NCBI GenBank assembly: GCA_951406725.2
Contig: OX597829.1
Span: 42,656,001 to 42,720,000 of the forward strand
DNA length: 64,000 nucleotides
Direction of reading: 5' to 3'
DNA from: Octopus vulgaris
Lineage: Eukaryota
The position numbers and the translations under genes were made by a program. Under the pieces are notes generated by a model. That model did not search any database. It had not been told where the DNA came from and worked only from the letters and a program-made list of their open reading frames with translations. Numbering within the stretch: the stretch's first letter is position 1; each line of letters starts with the position of its first letter. Positions 57,079 through 64,000 of this stretch are shown in pieces.

Positions 57079-58185
57079 CAGTGATTCTCAACAATTTCTT
57101 ACCTATCGACTCCTTTTTGGAGGCGCGTGTCTTAGTGGTTAGGGTGTTGAACTCATGATCGTAAGATTGTGGTTTCGATTCATGGACCGGGCGATGCGTT
57201 GTGTTCTTAAGCAAAACACTTCATTTCTCGTTGCTCCAGTCCATTCAGCAGGAGAAAATGAGTAATCCTGCGACAAACTGGTGTCCCGTCCAAGTAGGGA
57301 GTATATAAGCCAGAGAAACCGAGAAACAAGCCCTTATGAGTTTGTATGACCCACAAAAGAAAATTTTTTACGAACCCCTTTCATTAGTATTCTATTCTGA
57401 TGAACACCCATTACAGTTTTAGATTTATAAACTAGTTTTATAGAAATTTCTTTCAAAATTCCTATTTTGCTTTTTCACACATTAACTTGTGTAGATTGAA
57501 CTATGTAAAATGTTAGAGAAAGAAACCAAGCCGTTTTTTGTAATACATAACCAATAAATACATCTAATGCAGGGGTTCTCGGTCATTTTTTGTCTATGGA
57601 GTCCTTTCATTACTATTTTATTCCGGTAGATTCCCATAACCATTCAATGTTTTAAAACTAGTTTTACACAAACTTCTTTCAAAATTCCTGTTTTGTATTT
57701 CACACATTAACTTGCATAGGTTAAACTTTGTAAAATGATAGAGAAAGAAACCTAGCTGCTTCTTGCAATACATACAAATACATACATCTAAAGCAGGGGT
57801 TCTCAACTATTTTTCATCTATGGACCCCTTTCATTACTATTTTATTCCGGTGGATCACAATAACCATTCGATGTTTACAAACTAGTTTTACACAAGCTTC
57901 TTTCAAAATTCCTTTTTCATTTTTCCCCACACTCACCTGTGTAGGTTAGCAATGTAACTCTCTAAACAAACAAAGTTCAGCATCCTGAAACTTGTTGAAT
58001 TGTGTAAAACGCCACATAACGAAAACTTTTTCATGCAATTAATATAACTACGGCAAAAATTTTTTCATGCTCCTTTAAAATACCATTGTGGATCTCCTAT
58101 TTACTGTTTTGCTAGCGTGAACTCCAGAAAAGCCTTAAATGGAGCCCCAGGGATTACATGACCCACCCTGGTTGAGAATCCACTG
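57079..58185. mobile_element. Non-autonomous hAT element with internal tandem units
   Basis: TIRs CAGTGATTCTCAAC / GTTGAGAATCCACTG; 8-bp TSD CCTTAGAT at 57071-57078 and 58186-58193. Confidence 0.85.
57119..57362 (+). mobile_element. SINE-C variant nested in the hAT element
   Basis: GGAGGCGCGTGTCTTAGTGGTTAGGG head, core, CCCTTATGAG tail. Confidence 0.75.
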
Positions 58186-58672
58186 CCTTAGATGAACATG
58201 CAAATGTCAATATTTGTTTAATCATTTCCCCATCATGATTGCGTATCCAGCTGAGCACATTTATTTCTATTTACGTAAGTAATTTGTGCTTGTCTATTAT
58301 GCAACTATTTGGCGAGCAGCCCAAAATTTTATTTTCTGGCTCTCTCTCTCTCTCTCCTTCTTTTGCATCGAAACCATACTTTAAAGAGCTCTCTTTAGTG
58401 GTTTCTCTTTCGCTGGTAATGAAACCAGCACCACAAAATGGCGTTATGACGGGTTATTAGGCAACCATTAAAGTAACTTATACTACACATTCTTCTAACG
58501 TTACTGCAATACTTACCACTACTTTATGCACATGAATATCATACGTTGCTATATTGACGAGGCATTGCAGCTGTTACACCTTCGCTATTGTTTTAAAGTC
58601 AGTAATAAATACAGATTTGTTTCCAGAAAATATATGCGTTTTAGTGATTCTCTGCGTTTATGTTTGTGTGTG

Positions 58673-58712
<40 letters not shown>

Positions 58713-58713
<1 letters not shown>

Positions 58714-58882
58714 GGCGCAGGAGTGGCTGTGTGGTAAGTAGCTTGCTAACCAACCACATGGTTCCGGGTTCAGTTCCACTGCGTGGCATCTTGGGCAAGT
58801 GTCTTCTGCTATAGCCCCAGGCCAACCAATGCCTTGTGAGTGGATTTGGTAGACGGAAACTGAAAGAAGCTTGTCGTATATA

Positions 58883-58929
<47 letters not shown>

Positions 58930-59140
58930 TTGTGCGTCTGTGTCTGTCCCCCTAGCATTGCTTGACAAACAATGCTGGTTTGTTTGTGTCCCCGTCACTT
59001 AGCGGTTCGGCAAAAGAGACCGATAGAATAAGTACTGGGCTTACAAAGAATAAGTCCCGGGGTCGATTTGCTCGACTGAAGGTGGTGCTCCAGCATGGCC
59101 GCAGTCAAATGACTGAAACAAGTAAAAGAGTAAAAGAGTA
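58713..59140 (+). mobile_element. SINE family B, full length
   Basis: Head, core, internal microsatellite, body and tail intact. Confidence 0.92.
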
Positions 59141-59144
59141 AATA

Positions 59145-59199
<55 letters not shown>

Positions 59200-59422
59200 G
59201 AGTGTATGAATATGTAGGTATGACTAGGTTTGGAGAGAGGAAGTGTGCCCGTATCGTTTGCAGTGTCACCTATGCCGAGCAATATATATATATGTGATTG
59301 TGTGTGTGTGTGTGTGTGTATGTACCTATTTTATTCTTTTTATTCGTATATATATATATATGTGTTTGTGTGTGTGTGTGTGTGTGTGCGTATGTATGTA
59401 CTTATTTTATTCTTTCTATTTG

Positions 59423-59496
<74 letters not shown>

Positions 59497-59988
59497 GGTG
59501 TGTATGTTTGTGAGTGTGTGCGTGTGTCTGTATAAAGACTGGCAGAATAGTTAGTACGTCGGAGAAAATGATTAGCGGCATGTATTCCGGCTGTTTATAA
59601 TTCTGATTTCAAATCCTGCCTCAGCCATCCCTTCTGGTAATGACGGTCGACATAGTTGACTTACGCATCCCTTTAAAAGTAGCTGGCACAGAACCCTGCA
59701 ATGGTCTGACGTCATGTTCAGGAGGAATATCGCGATCTTGGTTGTTTATACGGCGTATAAATCGAAATCGGCTAACGGAAGGTCTTATGAAACTGTAAGG
59801 CGTCGCTTGGTTACTTAACTATAAATCAGCAGAACTCTTAGCAGAAACACCTGTAAGCTAATGAAGTTCAGAAGATAATCGTTCGTTTTCTTTGTAATCT
59901 CTTTTTCTTTGATATATCTTTTATCTTTAACTTGTTTAAGTCATTAGATTGCGGCCATTGTGGGGCATGTTGATATATATATATACAG

Positions 59989-60220
59989 GGCGGCGAGCTG
60001 GCAGAATTGTTAGCACGTCGGGCGAAATGTGTAGCCGTATTTCGTCTGCCGTTACGTTCTGAGTTCAAATTCCGTCGAGGTCGACTTTGCCTTTCATCCT
60101 TTCGGGGTCGATTAAATAAGTACCAGTTACACGCTGGGGTCGATATAATCGACTTAATCCGTTTGTCTGTCCTTGTTTGTCCCTTCTGTGTTTAGCCCCT
60201 TGTGGGTAGTAAATAAATAG
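59989..60220 (+). mobile_element. SINE family A
   Basis: Full unit. Confidence 0.88.
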
Positions 60221-60231
60221 ATATATATATT

Positions 60232-60626
60232 GGCGCAGGAGTGGCTTTGTGGTGAGTAACTTGCTTACCAACCATGTGGTTCAGGATTAAGTTCCACTGC
60301 GTTGTACCTTGGGCAAGTGTCTTCTATTATAGCTACGGGCTGACCAAAGCCTTGTGAGTGAATTTGATAGACGGAAACTGAAAGAAGTCCTTCATATATA
60401 AGTTTGCATGTAGGTTTGTGTGTCTGTGTTTGTCCCCTATTCACCATCGCTTAACAACCGATGTTGGTGCGTTTACGTCCCCGTAACCTAGCGGTTCGGC
60501 AAAGGGGTCCGATAAAATAAGTACTAGGCTTACGAAGAATAAGTCCCGGGGTCGATTTGTTCCACTAAAGGCGGTTCTACCGCATGGCCCCAAATGACTG
60601 AAACAAGTCAAATGACTGAAACAAGT

Positions 60627-60627
<1 letters not shown>
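60232..60627 (+). mobile_element. SINE family B
   Basis: Full unit with duplicated AAATGACTGAAACAAGT end. Confidence 0.85.
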
Positions 60628-60722
<95 letters not shown>

Positions 60723-60724
<2 letters not shown>

Positions 60725-60902
60725 TGGAACAAAAACGCAATAGAGGGCATTAAAACGTTCGGACAGATGGACGACACATATATATGTACTTGTTTCAGTC
60801 ATTTATATATATATATATATATATAATTGACTGAAACAAGTACATATATATGTGTCGTCTATCTGTCCGAACGTTTTAATGCCCTCTATTGCGTTTTTGT
60901 TC

Positions 60903-60906
<4 letters not shown>
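60723..60906. repeat. 79-bp inverted repeat with AT-only spacer
   Basis: Arms 60723-60801 and 60828-60906, one mismatch. Confidence 0.95.
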
Positions 60907-60938
<32 letters not shown>

Positions 60939-61367
60939 GGCGTACGTCCACCCTTGCGCTCACCTTATAGTAGGTATGCATCTAAATTTTAAATTTTGTA
61001 CGACTCTTACTCTATATTTTATTCTCCATCTCATTTTCCTTCCTTTTCTCGCTCCGCCACTCTCACATTTCTTGGCCCTCTTTTTAACTCACACTATTTC
61101 CCACTCGTTTATCTCCTCTGCATTTTTCCCTTTGTCTCTGATTTGTTTCTAATCCTCCAATCCCGCTGTCCCCTACCCATCTCCCCTCCTTCCACGTGAC
61201 CGGTGTCCGGTCAGCCATGATCTTTCTTTCTTGGCCTGACTGCCAACCGTCAACAAGTCTTGTGTCCATCTCCCATGTTCCTGTTTTTTACTTTGGCTTT
61301 TACTTCATACACGCCAGCTCAATTTGAATCGTTCTCAGTCGAAAGATGCCTGTTATTATTTCTTTTT

Positions 61368-62156
61368 TAAAAGCCTGGTACATATATACGAGGGGGTTCT
61401 TTTCAGTTTCCTTCTACCAAACCCACTCACAAGGCTTTGGTCGGCCCGAGTCTATTGTAGAAGACACTTGCCGAATCGCTAAGTTAGGGGACATAAACAC
61501 ACCAGCACCGGTTGTCAAGCAATGGTAGGGGAACAATCACAGACACAAAAACACACGCGTAAATATATACGACGAACTTCTTTCAGCTTCCGCCAAACAA
61601 ATTCCCTCACAAGGCTTTGGATGGTCCGAGGCTATAGTAGAAGACACTTGCCGAGGATGCCACGCTGTAGGACTGAACCCCGAGCCATGTGGATGGGAAG
61701 CAAGCTTGTGTGTTATAACGCTTACTCTTTTACTTGGTTCAGTCATTTGACTGCGGCCATGCTGGAGCACCGCCTTTAGTCGAGCAAATCGCCCCAGGAC
61801 TTGTTCTTTGTAAGCCTAGTACTTATTCTATCGGTCTCTTTTGCCGAACCGCTCAGTTACGGGGACGCAAACACACGAGCATCGGTTGTCAAGCAATGTT
61901 GGGGTGACAACACAGACACACAAACACACACACACACACGCGCGTACAGTCTCTCTCTCTCTATCTCTCTCTCTATATATATATACATATATACGAGGGG
62001 GTTCTTTTCAGTTTCCTTCTACCAAACCCACTCACAAGGCTTTGGTCGGCCCGAGTCTATTGTAGAAGACACTTGCCTAAGGTACCACACAGTGGGACTG
62101 AACCCGGAACCATGAGGTTGGTACACAAGCCTCTTACCAAACAGCCACTCCTGCCT
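61368..62156 (-). mobile_element. Two tandem SINE-B copies
   Basis: Full copy ~61720-62156 and rearranged copy ~61368-61705. Confidence 0.85.
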
Positions 62157-62761
62157 ATTAATTTTTTGTGCATTGCTAAATAAACCCTTTTGTGTCAAAT
62201 AGAAAACATGTGCGCGACTTAACCATATTAATTGCCGTTTCAATTTTGAATAATTATACTTCACTTACGCCGATATTCCTCATTCTTATACAGCGATCAG
62301 AAACACACAGTAATACTATGTCAATATTCTCGCGTGTTCGATATGTTTTTGCATTTCTTCATGTTACTTTTGAAGCGACAATACGTGCTGTCATATGATA
62401 TATGTATACCAAATTATTATCGCATTACCGTCTTTTGTAGTCTGGCCTATGACATAGGCCCTTTAACTCATACATGGTAACGTAATTGTTTTTAATCCGG
62501 AGTAAGGAGGTGATTTATATAATCCTAAATTGCACCGAATATTCGTGCTACCTTAATTTACATTGCATTTTCCAAAAAGATGTTGTCAGCGCTCAAACTG
62601 ATTAAATTTACTTATGAATTGTTTATGGAGCTCTTTCGCATTTACCTCGTATACAAGGTACAGAGTGAAGCGGTTGTGTGTTATATAACTGTATCTGTGG
62701 TCAAATGTATCTGTATGAATGTGTATATGTAAATCGCTCTCTCTCTCTCTCTCTCTTTGTG

Positions 62762-62804
<43 letters not shown>

Positions 62805-62806
<2 letters not shown>

Positions 62807-63395
62807 GGGGTAGAAAGGGCTCCTTAGCCGTAGTGAAGGCAATCTATCTAGGGAGATAACCTTACAATAAATCATTCGGTCCGTAGCTTAGAAATACTGG
62901 GCTGACGTCCAGCGGGAACAGCTTTGTTTCATGGAGGAGGAAAGATCTTCTTTAGTACTTGGTTGTACGATGCTTTCCAATGTGTGTAGTAGTGGCGCGC
63001 GCACACATTATTAGCCATTTGAAAAGACTATGGAATTTACAATTAACTGCACCAGGGTTCCTCTTCCCCAGGGAACCAGACCTAATGGTATACCTGCGGA
63101 TGTAGGTCCAGCCCCTGCTTTGCCGGGTCCTGTCTCTGATCACGTTGCACCTCCAAGGGCATCCATTGACGGTGATGCCCTCAATCTTAACAGACGGGTA
63201 TCACCTGATGGAGAAGAGTCAGCTCCCAACCAAACAACACCAAACAAACACCCACTCTCCTACCCTGATGTAATCTCCAGGGATACAGGCATCCAGCAAC
63301 AGGACCTCCGTAATGCCATGATGGACCGTGAAGTCTGGCGTAGCATGGTAAATTCCATTGTCTCGACCACGGTCGAACAATGATGATGATGATGA

Positions 63396-63397
<2 letters not shown>
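62805..63397 (+). mobile_element. Internally deleted RTE element
   Basis: RTE-like C-terminus LSYPDVISRDTG..LRNAMMDREVWRSMVNSI then (TGA)n tail; 5' part lacks RT/APE motifs; 5' boundary inferred from the (TA)n flank. Confidence 0.7.
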
Positions 63398-63449
<52 letters not shown>

Positions 63450-63454
63450 GAAGG

Positions 63455-63505
63455 AGCTTCTACAGGACTAGAACTGTTTCATTCAAAAGAAATCATCAGG
63501 AAGCT
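63455..63505 (-). ncRNA. Type-I hammerhead motif, mirror copy
   Basis: Exact reverse complement of 63502-63552. Confidence 0.7.
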
Positions 63506-63552
63506 TCCTGATGATTTCTTTTGAATGAAACAGTTCTAGTCCTGTAGAAGCT
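63502..63552 (+). ncRNA. Type-I hammerhead ribozyme motif
   Basis: AGCTTC-CTGATGA-TTTCTTTTGAAT-GAA-ACAG ttctagtc CTGT-A-GAAGCT: stem I 6 bp, stem III 4 bp, GUA site, weak stem II. Confidence 0.72.
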
Positions 63553-63634
63553 CCTTCTATATAATAAATTAATTTACTCTGCTATGTATTGAGTACCTTA
63601 TTTACTGTGGTTAACCCCGACTCAACCCGGGACC

Positions 63635-63676
<42 letters not shown>

Positions 63677-63727
63677 TATTGTATTATCTTATCTTATCTT
63701 TAATATATTATATTATATTATATTATA

Positions 63728-63773
<46 letters not shown>

Positions 63774-64000
63774 CATACAGAAAGTATGGGGGTTTAGTTC
63801 ACAGGTGATCTAAACGATTAGGCGCGCTAGGTAAGTGCTGTAACGGATTACTAGCTCTCCAAGGTTAAAGCCGAGACAATAAATATGGAGTCATTGCAGA
63901 TTTCCAATGCAGCGGATATATAATTGTTAAACAGGACAGCAGACATTGATGGTATATATTAATAAGATGATGACATAGAGGAAGGGAGATCAAAAATAAG

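Larger units (their letters stand above)
63441..63637 (+). mobile_element. Penelope-like fold-back mini-element in (TA)n
   Basis: 126-bp perfect palindrome 63441-63566 plus ~70-bp one-sided tail. Confidence 0.72.

Overview
AT-rich eukaryotic DNA saturated with microsatellites and transposon relics; no host protein-coding exon is supported, so it is probably intronic or intergenic. The repeats resemble, from recall only, those of an octopus (coleoid cephalopod). Nearly all listed ORFs are microsatellite translations. Contents: about 35 copies of three tRNA-derived SINE families (here A, B, C); non-LTR retroelement fragments (Dong/R4 RLE, RTE, CR1, Penelope); and DNA transposon relics (pogo, Tc1, maT DD37D, hAT, piggyBac, Helitron). 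The most notable signal is six hammerhead-ribozyme motifs in Penelope-like terminal repeats: a 126-bp perfect palindrome carrying one on each strand, a TSD-flanked fold-back element with two outward-facing motifs and a nested Dong fragment, and a family with A in place of catalytic C3. Also seen: three local templated insertions, a CR1 3' end matching the SINE-B tail, tail swapping in SINE-C and an internally deleted RTE.
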